A DNA stretch of 64,000 nucleotides from Candidatus Aminicenantes bacterium (lineage in GTDB: Bacteria > Acidobacteriota > Aminicenantia > Aminicenantales > UBA4085). The notes under the pieces are model-generated. The model searched no databases. It was not told where the DNA came from and saw only the letters and a program-made list of their open reading frames with translations. Location: contig PLMN01000023.1 of assembly GCA_003141555.1 (NCBI GenBank), forward strand, positions 79,916-143,915. The letters run 5' to 3'. This document shows positions 1 to 10,300 of this stretch, piece after piece (position 1 is the first letter of the stretch; every line of letters starts with the position of its first letter). The position numbers and the translations under genes are program-made.

Positions 1-1
1 C

Positions 2-79
2 GTCATCGACCACGCGCTCTGCATCAAGTGCGGCAAGTGCATCACGAGCTGCACGTTCGGCGCGGTGTACAAGGATTAG
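2..79 (+). CDS. 3' end of upstream gene: C-terminal 4Fe-4S ferredoxin-type domain (NuoF/HndC-like Fe-S subunit), truncated by window edge
   Basis: Frame 2 translates to VIDHALCIKCGKCITSCTFGAVYKD*. This is a CxxCxxCxxxC-type cluster motif, with stop at 77-79. An AAGGA RBS for the next gene follows. Confidence 0.5.
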   Translation, partial: VIDHALCIKCGKCITSCTFGAVYKD

Positions 80-87
80 GTGCTCTC

Positions 88-3000
88 ATGGCGACCCTCA
101 CCCTCGAAATCAACGGCCGCAAGATCCAGGCCGACTCCGAGCGGACGATCCTCGAAGTCGTCACCGCCCACCAGCTGGATGCGATCCCGACGCTCTGCCA
201 CTCTCCCGAGCTCAAGCCTTACGGCTCGTGCTTCCTCTGCGTGGTGGAGGTGGCCGGGAAGCCGAACCTCCTGCCCGCCTGCGCGACCCGCGTGGCCGAG
301 GGGATGAAGATCACGACCCGGAACGAGCGCATCGTCGCCTCGCGGCGCACCGCCCTGGAGCTCCTCCTCTCGAACCACTACGCCGACTGCGTCTCCCCCT
401 GCGCCATGGCCTGCCCGGCGGGCGTGGACTGCCAGGGCTACGTCGCCCTGGCGGCCATGGGTGAATTCGGGCTCGCGGCGGACGTCATCCGCGAGATGAA
501 CCCCCTGCCCGCGGTCTGCGGCCGGGTCTGCGTCCGCAAGTGCGAGATCGAATGCCGCCGGTCCGACATCGACGAGCCCGTGGGGATCAACGCCATCAAG
601 CGCTTCGTGACCGACCAGCCGGGCGCCTACGACGCCGCCCCTAAGCGCCAGCCCTCGCGCGGCCAATCGGTGGGCATCGTCGGCTCGGGCCCGGCCGGCC
701 TGACGGCCGCCTGGTACCTAGGCCTGTACGGCTACGACCCGATCATCTACGAAGCCCTGCCCAAGCCGGGCGGCATGCTCCGCTATGGCATCCCCGAATA
801 CCGGCTGCCCAATGAGGTCCTCGACCGCGAAATCGGGCACATCAAGCGCGCCGGCGCCGAGATCAAGACGGGCGTGCGGATCGGCTCGGACGTCAGCCTG
901 ACCGAGCTCATGAAGACCCATGCCGCGGTGTTCATCGCCGCGGGGGCCATGGGCAGCAAGGGCATGGGCGTCGAAGGCGAGGATTCGACCGAGGGCGTCG
1001 TCAGGGGCGCCGATTTCCTCATGGAGAAAGCCGAGACGCGCACGCCCGTGAAAGGCATCGTGGTCGTCGTCGGCGGCGGGAACACGGCCATGGATGTCGC
1101 CCGCTCCTCGTGGCGCCTTGGGGCGGACCGGGTCATCATCCTCTACCGCCGGACCAAGGCCGAGATGCCGGCCGACAAGGTGGAGATCGAGGACTGCCTC
1201 AAGGAAGGCATCGAGATCATGGAGCTCGCCGCGCCCGTCGGCCTCGTGACCGAAAACGGCCTGCTCAAGGGTCTGCGCTGCATCCGGATGAAGCTCGGCG
1301 AGCCCGACAAGTCCGGCCGCCGCAGGCCCGTCCCCCAAGAGGGCTCGGAGTTCGTCCTCCCCTGCGACCTGGCCGTCTCGGCCATCGGCCAGGAGCCCGT
1401 GCTGGCCGGCCTGGCGGGCGGCCCCGACGAGCCGAAGGCCTCGCGCTGGAACACCATCGTCATCGACCAGGCCACGATGCGGACGAACGTCCCCGGCCTC
1501 TACGCCGGCGGCGACGTGGCCGACGACGGCCCGACGGTCGTGGTCGACGCCATCCGCGACGGCCACCAGGCCGCGCTCTCGATCCACGAGCAGCTCAGCG
1601 GCGAAAAGGTCGCCCGCAAACCGTTCATCGTCCAGAAGAGCCTCTGGGCCAAGCCCGGCGCGTCCGAGCTCGGCGAGGTCAAGGAAGCCCCGCGCCACGA
1701 GGTCCACGAAATCCCGATCGACGCCCGGCGGGGCAGCTACGCCGAGGTCTCGACCGGCTATGAGTTCGAGGACGTCGCCTACGAATCGGCCCGCTGCCTC
1801 TCCTGCGGCTGCGTGGTCTACGACCACTGCGCCCTGCGGCTCTACGCCCAGGAGTACGACGTCGACATCAAGCGCTACTTCGGCCGCATCCGCAAGCACA
1901 AGGTCGATGAGCGCCACCCCCACATCATCTACGACCCCAACAAGTGCATCCTCTGCGCCCGCTGCATCCGGACCTGCGCCCGCGTCCTCCCGATCTCGGC
2001 CCTCGGCCTGGTCGGCCGCGGGTTCAAGACCGAGGTCCGCCCGGCGATGAACGACCCGCTCGTCGAGACGAACTGCATCAGCTGCGGCAACTGCGTCGAC
2101 GCCTGCCCGACGGGGGCCCTGACGGTGAAGTTCCCCTTCCCCGGCCGCGCCTGCCTGCCGACCGAGGATGTGGAAACGCACTGCGCCTTCTGCTCCATCG
2201 CCTGCCCGCTCGCCGTCAAGAAGATCGACGCCGACCGCTACTACGTCGCGAAGGGCGAACGGCCGGAGAACGACCTCTGCCGCTACGGCCGCTTCGGAGC
2301 GGAGCTCTTTGCCGGCCGGCGCCGGATCGGGCAGCCGACGGCCCGCGAAAACGGCAAACCCAAGGCGGTCGCCCTCGAGGACGCTTATGCCCGGATCACG
2401 GCCGGCCTGCGGAGCGCGGCCCGGACGCACGGGGCCGAGGCGGTCGGCGTGTTCCTTTCGCCCGACCTCTCGAACGAGGAGATGTTCCTGGCGACCCGGA
2501 TCGCCCGCGAGGGCGTCGGGACCAACAACGTCGCCTCGCTCTCGCTCCTCGCCTCGGGCGCCGCGGCGGGCGCCCTGGACGCCTCGTTCGGCCTCACGGC
2601 CTCCACGGCCGACCGGACCGCCCTGAAGGCGGCGGACCTGATCGTCTGCAACAACACCGACCTCCAGAACGACCACCTGATCCTGAGCATCGGGATCCTC
2701 GCCGCCGCCGGCGAAGGGGCCAAGCTCATCCTCGCCGGCTCGGCCGGGGACGCCCTGGCGGCCCGGGCGACGCTCGCCCTCGACCCGATGCGCGGCCGCT
2801 CCGCGCTGCTCTGGAACGGGGTGATGCAGGTCCTCCTCGACCGCGGCTTCTTCAGCCGCGACGCCGTCCGCGCCCTCCCGGGCGGGGAGGAATTTCTGAG
2901 CGATCTCTTCGATTACAGCTTGAAAGCGATCTCCGAGCTGACGGGCGTCGAGGCCCCGAAGATCGTCGCCGCGGCCGACGAGCTGGCCGCCGCCAAGAAG

Positions 3001-3789
3001 GTCGTCTTCGTCCATAGCCCCGACCGGACGCAGGACCAGGCCCCCGGCAACGCCGCGGCCCTGGCGAACATGGTCATCCTTCTCCGGTCCAAGGGCATCG
3101 GGGCCGAGCTCATCCTCCCCTTTGTCGGGGCCAACGGGGCGGCCGTGGAAATCATCGGGGCCGACCCGGGCTTCCTCGCCGGCCGGATGCCGGTCAACGG
3201 CCTCCCGGGGGCTAAGAACCGGGCCGACCTTCTGGCCCTCCTCAAGGACGGCCGCCTCAAGGCGGCGCTCATCATTGGCGAGGACCCGATGGGAGACGAC
3301 AAGGTCGCCTCGTATTTCGGCAATGCCGAGTTCCTGGCGGTCGTGGACTGGACCCCCACCGAAACCGCGGCTTACGCCGACGTCGTCCTGCCCGGCTCCA
3401 CGTTCCTGGAGAGCGGCGGGACGCGCATCAACTTCGAGGGCCGCCTCACCCGCTATACGCCGGCCCTCCGCCCGCCCTTTGGGAAGACCACGGCCGAGGT
3501 CCTGGCGGGCCTGGCCCGGGCGTTCGGGATCGCCGACGCCGGCGGGACGATGGACGACATCTCGGCCGGGCTCGACCGGCTGATGCGGGCCAAGCTCGGG
3601 GACCGGGTGAAATTCTGCTGGAACACGGGTGAGGAGCGCGGCGGAATCGGCGTCGGCCGGCTGACCGTCGCCGACGTCCGGACCAAGCCGAACCCGATCG
3701 CCCCCGCGCTCACGGTCGGCGAGCGCTACAAGCGCCAGGTCCGTGATGTGGGCGTCGCCCATTATCGCGTGCAGGAAGCGAAGCCGTAA
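88..3789 (+). CDS. Multidomain Fe-S flavoprotein fused to a molybdopterin (bis-PGD) oxidoreductase-like domain; putative NAD(P)H-linked formate-dehydrogenase/NuoG-like catalytic subunit
   Basis: ATG at 88 after AAGGA RBS; the ORF track has an upstream in-frame extension to 28. Domain order is: NuoG-like 2Fe-2S (CHSPELKPYGSCFLC); GltD-like FAD/NAD(P) folds (GIVGSGPAGLTAAWY; VVVVGGGNTAMDVA); two 4Fe-4S ferredoxin motifs (CILCARCIRTC; CISCGNCVDACP); MoPGD N-terminal cluster (HCAFCSIACP); then a long MoPGD-like domain. Confidence 0.85.
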   Translation: MATLTLEINGRKIQADSERTILEVVTAHQLDAIPTLCHSPELKPYGSCFLCVVEVAGKPNLLPACATRVAEGMKITTRNERIVASRRTALELLLSNHYADCVSPCAMACPAGVDCQGYVALAAMGEFGLAADVIREMNPLPAVCGRVCVRKCEIECRRSDIDEPVGINAIKRFVTDQPGAYDAAPKRQPSRGQSVGIVGSGPAGLTAAWYLGLYGYDPIIYEALPKPGGMLRYGIPEYRLPNEVLDREIGHIKRAGAEIKTGVRIGSDVSLTELMKTHAAVFIAAGAMGSKGMGVEGEDSTEGVVRGADFLMEKAETRTPVKGIVVVVGGGNTAMDVARSSWRLGADRVIILYRRTKAEMPADKVEIEDCLKEGIEIMELAAPVGLVTENGLLKGLRCIRMKLGEPDKSGRRRPVPQEGSEFVLPCDLAVSAIGQEPVLAGLAGGPDEPKASRWNTIVIDQATMRTNVPGLYAGGDVADDGPTVVVDAIRDGHQAALSIHEQLSGEKVARKPFIVQKSLWAKPGASELGEVKEAPRHEVHEIPIDARRGSYAEVSTGYEFEDVAYESARCLSCGCVVYDHCALRLYAQEYDVDIKRYFGRIRKHKVDERHPHIIYDPNKCILCARCIRTCARVLPISALGLVGRGFKTEVRPAMNDPLVETNCISCGNCVDACPTGALTVKFPFPGRACLPTEDVETHCAFCSIACPLAVKKIDADRYYVAKGERPENDLCRYGRFGAELFAGRRRIGQPTARENGKPKAVALEDAYARITAGLRSAARTHGAEAVGVFLSPDLSNEEMFLATRIAREGVGTNNVASLSLLASGAAAGALDASFGLTASTADRTALKAADLIVCNNTDLQNDHLILSIGILAAAGEGAKLILAGSAGDALAARATLALDPMRGRSALLWNGVMQVLLDRGFFSRDAVRALPGGEEFLSDLFDYSLKAISELTGVEAPKIVAAADELAAAKKVVFVHSPDRTQDQAPGNAAALANMVILLRSKGIGAELILPFVGANGAAVEIIGADPGFLAGRMPVNGLPGAKNRADLLALLKDGRLKAALIIGEDPMGDDKVASYFGNAEFLAVVDWTPTETAAYADVVLPGSTFLESGGTRINFEGRLTRYTPALRPPFGKTTAEVLAGLARAFGIADAGGTMDDISAGLDRLMRAKLGDRVKFCWNTGEERGGIGVGRLTVADVRTKPNPIAPALTVGERYKRQVRDVGVAHYRVQEAKP

Positions 3790-3794
3790 GCCCC

Positions 3795-5807
3795 ATGCCC
3801 AGCCTACCCGACGCCGTCCTCACCCTCCTCGAAAAGAGCTTTCCCTGCGTCCTCCTGACCGACGAGAAGGGCCGGATCTCGCACGCGAGCCGCGCCCTCC
3901 GAACGGAATGCGGACTGGACCCGGCGGCGGTCATGGGCCGGAACATCGTGGCCGTCGTCGCCCCCGAGTCCGCGGAGGACCTGGCGGCCTCCATGAAGAG
4001 GGCCAAGGGCGGCGTCGCGGCCAAGACGAGCGTCCTCTGCGCCGGCCCGTCACGGCGGCCGCTGGAGATAAACATCAACTACACCGAAGGGCCGGACGGC
4101 GGCCTGTTCCTTTTCTTCGGCTACTTCGGCCCGCTCGGCAACGGCCTGGCCGCGAGGGCGGAATGGGAGAAGGATGAGCGGATCAAGGAGCTCTCGTGCG
4201 TCTACGCCGTCGCCGAGTGGATCGAGGCTTCACGCTCGATCAAGGAGTTCTTCGAAGAGCTGCCCAAGTATCTCAGCCCGGGGATGCGCTACCCGGACCG
4301 GGCGATCATCTCTTCCTCCTACAGCGGAGTCGAATACGGCGATAAAGGCCGCCTCATCAGCTTCATCCGGACCGAGCTGAAGGTCGCCCACCAGCCCATG
4401 GGCGAGATCCGGGTCGGTTACGGGAGCCCGGAGTACGACCTGCTCCCCGAAGAGCAGAAGATGCTCGACGAGATCGGGCGCACCCTCAACCTGGCCCTGG
4501 AGCGCAAGTCGCTCGAGGAGAAGCTCGCCTTTAAGCAGACCGAAGTGGGCGAATCCACCGAGCGCCTGAAGGAGCTCGAGCGCCAGATCGACTCCCGGAC
4601 GCGCGAGGTCGAAGAGCAGCGCCAGAAGCTCGGCACGGTCAACGCCTATCTCGACCGGACGAAGGGCGAGTGGGAGGAGTCCAAGGCCCGGCTCGAGACG
4701 ATCTTCGCCGCCATCCCCGACACCGTGGCCCTCATCGACCGCCAGCACAGCCTGGTGATGACGAACCGCAAGAACGTCGCCGAGGGCAACACTTGCTACA
4801 AGACCTTCTTCAACCGGGATACCCCCTGCAAGGACTGCCGCATGTCGCGCGTCGCGCGGACGAAGACGCCGATCACGCTCGAGATCAGGCACGAGGACGT
4901 GTACTACGAGGTCAACGCCCAGCCCATCTTCAACAGGGAGCACGAGGTCGAAGGCATCATCGAGTTCTTCCGGGACATCACCCTGGAGAAGACCTACGAG
5001 CAGCAGCTCCAGCAGGCCGACAAGCTGGCCTCCCTGGGCCAGCTGGTGAGCGGCATCGGCCACGAGATCAACAACCCGAATCAGTTCATCCGGGGCAATG
5101 TCAAGATCATCCAGCAAGCCTTCGAGGGGATCCTGCCCATCCTCGATGAGTACTACGCCTCCCACCCCGATCTGAAGATCGCCCGCCTCAAGTACGATTT
5201 CTTCCGGGAGCACATCCTGGTGCTCATCAACGACATGGCCCACGGCTCCGAGCGGATCAAGGAGATCGTCGAGGGCCTCAAGCGCTTCGCCCGCCGCGAC
5301 GAGGGCCTCCTCATCGACGCCGTGGACGTGAACACGATCCTGGACGCCTCGCGGCGCCTGGTCCACAACGCGGTGAGCAAGAACGCGGACATCGAGCTCG
5401 ACCTCGCCCCGGACCTGCCCATCCTCACCGGCAACGCCCAGAAGATCGAGCAGGTTATCGTCAATCTCCTGATCAACGCCGGGCAGGCCATGCCCGAGGG
5501 CCGGCGCGGCCGGATCGTGGCCTCGACCCGCGTCGAAGGCGGTTCGGTCGTCATCGAGGTCCGGGACAACGGCAAGGGCATGAGCGAGCAGACGATGAAG
5601 CGCATCTACGAGCCGTTCTTCACCACCCGGCGGGCCGGAGGCGGCACCGGCCTGGGGTTGGCCATTGCCTATCGGATCATCGAGGAGCACGGCGGCTCCA
5701 TCGCGGTGACGAGCAAGCTCGACGTCGGCACGACGTTCAAGATCTCTCTCCCGATGAAGCCGGCGGGGACCGGGGCCGGCGCCAAGGCGGCCGGCGAACC
5801 CGCGTGA
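3795..5807 (+). CDS. PAS-domain sensor histidine kinase
   Basis: H-box GIGHEINNPNQF; HATPase_c G-boxes (RDNGKGM; GTGLGLAIAYRIIEEHGG). PAS-like segments with a coiled-coil linker. Start is 5 nt after the upstream stop. Confidence 0.9.
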   Translation: MPSLPDAVLTLLEKSFPCVLLTDEKGRISHASRALRTECGLDPAAVMGRNIVAVVAPESAEDLAASMKRAKGGVAAKTSVLCAGPSRRPLEININYTEGPDGGLFLFFGYFGPLGNGLAARAEWEKDERIKELSCVYAVAEWIEASRSIKEFFEELPKYLSPGMRYPDRAIISSSYSGVEYGDKGRLISFIRTELKVAHQPMGEIRVGYGSPEYDLLPEEQKMLDEIGRTLNLALERKSLEEKLAFKQTEVGESTERLKELERQIDSRTREVEEQRQKLGTVNAYLDRTKGEWEESKARLETIFAAIPDTVALIDRQHSLVMTNRKNVAEGNTCYKTFFNRDTPCKDCRMSRVARTKTPITLEIRHEDVYYEVNAQPIFNREHEVEGIIEFFRDITLEKTYEQQLQQADKLASLGQLVSGIGHEINNPNQFIRGNVKIIQQAFEGILPILDEYYASHPDLKIARLKYDFFREHILVLINDMAHGSERIKEIVEGLKRFARRDEGLLIDAVDVNTILDASRRLVHNAVSKNADIELDLAPDLPILTGNAQKIEQVIVNLLINAGQAMPEGRRGRIVASTRVEGGSVVIEVRDNGKGMSEQTMKRIYEPFFTTRRAGGGTGLGLAIAYRIIEEHGGSIAVTSKLDVGTTFKISLPMKPAGTGAGAKAAGEPA

Positions 5808-5844
5808 CCGGCGGCCGTCGGGCCGCCGAAGGGGGGCGACAGCC

Positions 5845-7215
5845 ATGAACAAGATCCTCATCGTCGACGACGACATCGCCGTCACCAACCACTTGAAGGT
5901 CTTCATGATGCAGACCGAGCGCTATGAAAGCACGGTGATCAACGACTCGCGCAAAGCCCTGGACGCGCTCCACGGGGAGCCGTTCGATGCCGTCCTGCTC
6001 GACATGGACATGCCGAACGTGAGCGGCATCGACATCCTCCAGGCCGTGCACGACCAGGCGCTCGACGTGGCCGTCGTCATCCTGACCGGCGTCGGCGACG
6101 TGGAGCTGGCCGTCCGGGCGATGAAGCTCGGAGCGTTCGACTATCTCACCAAGCCCGTGGACGAGGACACGCTCCTCAAGGTCCTCGACGACGCGATCCA
6201 ACATAAGATCATCCGGCAGTCGATCAGCCGCCTTCCGGCGAGGCTCAGCCGGGAGGACCTGACCTACGGCGAGGCGTTCGCCCAATTCCCCACCCAGGAC
6301 CCCGCCCTGATCCGCTGCTTTCACGAGGCCGAGCGGATGGCGGAGGGCGACTCCTGCATCTTCATTTGGGGCGAGCGCGGCACCTACAAGGAGATGCTCG
6401 CCCGGGCGATCCACAGCGCCAGCCCGCGGCGCAGCGGGCCGTTCGTCTCGGTCGACGTGGCGGCCCGCGAGCCGGGCCGGTTCGCCGCGGAGTTCTTCGG
6501 ACAGGGGCGGGACTGGAGCGGCGCCCGCGAGGAGGCGCCCGGCCTGGTGGAGCAGGCCGCCGGCGGGACGCTCTTCCTCGACGAGATCGACCTCCTTTCG
6601 ATCCCGGTCCAGGTCCGGCTCCTCCGCCTGATCCAGGCGGGCGATTTCTACCGCGAAAACTCAACGACGGCCGTGACGGCCGACGTCCGCATCATCGCCG
6701 CTTCGCACCACGACCTGACCCAGGAATATTACAAGAAGATGTTCTCTCGCGACCTCCTCTATCACCTGATGACGAACTCGCTGCGCATCCCCTCCCTCGC
6801 CGAGCGCCCCGGGGACATCCCCCTCCTGGCCGATTACTTCCTCAAAAGCGAAGCGAAAGCCCGGGGGAAGAAGATCGCGGGCTTCTCGCCGGAGCTCCTC
6901 GGGCTTCTCGAGCAATACGAATTCCCGGACAACGTCCGGGAGCTCAAGAACATCATCGAGCGGGCGGTGGAGGAAGAACGCGGCGAGGTTCTGACCGAGG
7001 ATTCGCTCCCGCCCCATATGAGGGACATCCTGACCCGGTCGCTCGACGACAAGGCCGAGGGGTTCCGCCCGCGCAAGCTCGCCGAAATCCAGCGCGAGCA
7101 TGTGGCTAAGATGCTCACTTATTTCAATGGAAACAGGGAAAAAGCCGCGGAGGCGCTGGGAATGGGCGAAGAGGAGATAGAAAACGTCCTCGGCGGCGCG
7201 ACGAAAGGGTCGTAA
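5845..7215 (+). CDS. NtrC-family (sigma-54 activator-like) response regulator: REC + AAA+ + Fis-type HTH, with degenerate Walker A and GAFTGA motifs
   Basis: REC domain (MNKILIVDDD ... D52-like LLDMDMP). AAA+ core with GGTLFLDEID Walker B and RELKNIIERA. C-terminal HTH (REHVAKMLTYFNGNREKAAEALGM). Walker A reads GERGTYKE instead of GESGTGKE; the GAFTGA loop reads DWSGAR. Confidence 0.85.
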   Translation: MNKILIVDDDIAVTNHLKVFMMQTERYESTVINDSRKALDALHGEPFDAVLLDMDMPNVSGIDILQAVHDQALDVAVVILTGVGDVELAVRAMKLGAFDYLTKPVDEDTLLKVLDDAIQHKIIRQSISRLPARLSREDLTYGEAFAQFPTQDPALIRCFHEAERMAEGDSCIFIWGERGTYKEMLARAIHSASPRRSGPFVSVDVAAREPGRFAAEFFGQGRDWSGAREEAPGLVEQAAGGTLFLDEIDLLSIPVQVRLLRLIQAGDFYRENSTTAVTADVRIIAASHHDLTQEYYKKMFSRDLLYHLMTNSLRIPSLAERPGDIPLLADYFLKSEAKARGKKIAGFSPELLGLLEQYEFPDNVRELKNIIERAVEEERGEVLTEDSLPPHMRDILTRSLDDKAEGFRPRKLAEIQREHVAKMLTYFNGNREKAAEALGMGEEEIENVLGGATKGS

Positions 7216-7267
7216 CGACCCTCCGCCCTCATCCTAAACCTTTTTATAACGGCTCAGTTTGTTTATC

Positions 7268-7312
7268 AATTTCCTGAAGCATAATATTTTCTCGGAGCAG
7301 CGACAGGAAATT
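7268..7312. promoter_or_regulatory. Perfect 9-bp inverted repeat AATTTCCTG-N27-CAGGAAATT in the intergenic region downstream of the response regulator and upstream of kinase 1
   Basis: Read directly from the sequence. Arms at 7268-7276 and 7304-7312. Confidence 0.3.
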
Positions 7313-7356
7313 ATGCGCTTAGGATAAGCCTGAGTTGACCCGCGGATCCACGCTTG

Positions 7357-7386
7357 TTGACACTAACTCTTTGCTTTCATTATGAT
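7357..7386 (+). promoter_or_regulatory. Sigma-70-like promoter: TTGACA-N18-TATGAT, immediately upstream of ATG 7397 (possible leaderless transcript)
   Basis: Perfect -35 hexamer at 7357-7362 and a 5/6 -10 at 7381-7386, in an AT-rich intergenic region. The predicted TSS is about 7393-7395. Confidence 0.3.
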
Positions 7387-7396
7387 TACAGGCGCC

Positions 7397-10300
7397 ATGG
7401 GGGATATCGTCGATAACATTCCGTGCCCGCATTGTCATGCCCCGAATCCGGCGAACGGCAGTTTCTGCAACAAATGCGGCAAGGCCATGGACAACAGGCC
7501 TGCCACTCTGACCTATCCTCCATCCTTCCAAACCACGCTCCGAGAAGAGCTTTCGTTTTCTCCCGGAGAAAGCTTCGGAAAGAGATACCGAATCATTGAA
7601 GAGATCGGACGGGGCGGCATGGGCCGGGTCTATAAGGCTCAAGACCTGGACCTCGGGATCACTGTGGCCCTGAAGATGATCCAGCCGAAATACTCTTCGA
7701 GCCGGACGATGATCGAACAATTCAAGAAGGAAACTCTTTTGGCCAGGTCCATCTCCCAAGAGAACGTCGTCCGGACTTATGATTTCGGGGAAATCAATCA
7801 CATCAAGTATATCTCGATGGACTACATCAAAGGGGGCAATCTCAGCGATCTGATCCAGACTTCGGGACGGCTGAGCCTGGAGACCTGTCTTCGCATCATG
7901 GTCCAGATCTGCGAAGCACTGAAGGCCGCCCATCATAAGGGGATCATTCACCGGGATCTGAAACCCCAAAACATCATGATCGATCGTTCCGGCAAGGTCT
8001 ATGTCACGGACTTCGGCCTGGCCAAGTCCCTCGCCGCCCAAGAAACGCCCGGCTTCAAAAAAGTTTATGGGACCCCGCCATATTTTTCGCCGGAGCAGGC
8101 ACGCGGGGAGGACGCCGACGAACGGTCCGATATCTATTCCCTGGGCGTCATCCTCTTCGAGATGATCACGGGACAACTGCCCTTTCAAGCCAAGACGATC
8201 GAGGGCTATATCCAAAGGCACACCTCGGAGAACGCCGTCTCCCCGTCGAAAATCAACCCTGGCATCCCTGCCCCCCTAGAAAAAATCATCATGACCTGCC
8301 TAGAAAAGAAGAAGGAAAACCGATACCAGAGCGTCGACGCGCTTCTCAAGGATCTGGATGTTCAAAAAAACGCCTACGAACAGAGCTACGCCAAGACCCG
8401 GAGGAAGCGCTTCGGGCGAGCGGCCCTGGCCGGAGGGCTGATTCTCGCGTTCATGATCGGCGTCTATTTCATAAGTCTGAAGAAACGGGCCGCCGGACCC
8501 GCCGCTTCTCAAGAGCGAAGAACCGCCGTCGCCGTTCTGTACGCGGTCAACACGTCCGAGGATCGAGAGTTGAACCAATATCGGTGGGTGATCACGGATC
8601 TCATGATCACCGGGCTGGCCCAATCGAAATATCTCAGCCTCCTGCCTATGGATCGGCTTATCCAGATCCTGACGAAGATGAAGCAGCAGGACGCCGGCCA
8701 ACACGTTTCAGAGACGCTCGATAAGATCGGATCAGCCGAGAACGTCGAATATTTTATCCTGCCTAGCCTCGTCAAAGCGGGCGGAAATCTTTGGATCAGC
8801 GCCAAAATCCGAAAAGCAGGCGACAAAGGCATCGTCGACACGACCAAGGTCCAGGGAAAGCTCGAGGACCTCCTGACCATGGTCGAAGATCTGAATACGC
8901 AGGTCAAATCGAAATTGGTTTCGTCCGCCGAAGACATCGCCGGTGATTATCACCAGGACTTGGGCAAGATCACGACTACGTCACTCGAAGCACTTGGCTA
9001 TTATGTCGAAGGAGAACGGCTCTATGCCCTTGAAGACTTTAAGGGCAGCGTCCGGGCCTTGGAAGAGGCCGTCAAATTGGACGCCAACTATGGGCTGGCG
9101 TATTGGAAATTGGCCGAGAATTACGATTATCTGGGATCTACAGATCTGGCCAATAAGAACCTCGAAAAGGCCTTAGCTTTGCTGGATCGCTTTTCCGTGC
9201 GGGATCGTTATCTTGTCCGGGGATATGCGGCCATTCATCTGGATGAACCCCCGGCCAAGGCCATCGAAAGCTATAAGAAATTGCTGGCGCTTTATCCCAA
9301 TGACGAGATGGGCCTAGCCTATCTCGGCTCGCTTTATCGGAACATGGAGGAATGGGAGGCGGCCTTAGAGCAGTTCGAGAAAATCTTGAAGATCAACCAA
9401 AGATTCCAGTTTGCCTATGTCAATCTGGCCTTTATTTACACGGCGAAGGGCTGGTATGCAAAAGCCCTTGATCTCATCCAAGCGAGCGAACGTATTTTCC
9501 CCGAAATGCAGTTCTTCCCCAAGCAAATGTCGCTGATCTACCTGGTCCAAGGCAGATTCGATGAAGCCGCCGCCTTGGTTCAAAAAGCCTTGACCCGCGC
9601 GCCCGACGACAACGCTAGCCTAGAATTTTACGGGATCATCGAACATCTTCGGGGAAATTTTGTTTCCGCCCGGAACATCTACGAACAGCTCCGAAAAAGA
9701 GAGGAAGGGACCGGCGGGCTGCGCGGTCAAATTTGGATGGGACTTCTTTATTTATTGCAGGGTGAGTTCCATCAAAGCGAGGGCGAGTTTCAGGAGGGGC
9801 TGAAGATCGCCCATCGGTTGAAGATGGAAGACGAAGAGCTGGAATTTCGTCGGCTGCAGGCGTATCTCTATCTCCAAAGGAAGCGCTTTGCCGAAGCTGC
9901 CGAAACAGTAGGAGCCTTAGTCACGATCTGTAAAAATGCCAAGAGATCCGATTTCCTGAAATCAGCCCTGCTCCTGCAGGGGATCATCGAGCTTGGGCTG
10001 GGGCGGATCGAGGAAGCCAAAAACACGTCCCGTCAGCTCCGGCAGGTGATCGAAAAAATAGGCTGTCCTAAATACATGAGATATTCTTATTATCTCCTGG
10101 GCAAGATCGCTTTGACCGAAGGCCGGCCCGCGGAGGCCCTCGATGATCTGGGAAAAGCCTTGGCCTTTCTTCCTCATCAACGGGAACAACGGGACGAGCA
10201 TGCCTTCTTCATGGAGGTTCTGGCCGAAGCCTTTGAGCAGGCCGGGGATCTCGGAAAGGCCACGGAGACGTATCAGAATATTCTGACGCTCACGACCGGG

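Noticed and set aside
718-3762. Very long antisense ORFs and alternative-frame ORFs inside the big GC-rich genes (e.g. 718..3762 -, 4230..5906 -, 16834..17718 -, 37641..39698 -, 46796..49474 -, 52300..54312 +, 56491..59472 +)
   Set aside because: Their translations are R/G/P/A-rich low-complexity strings typical of stop-codon-poor off-frames in high-GC DNA. They have no RBSs or recognisable domains. The opposite-strand frames encode clear domain proteins.
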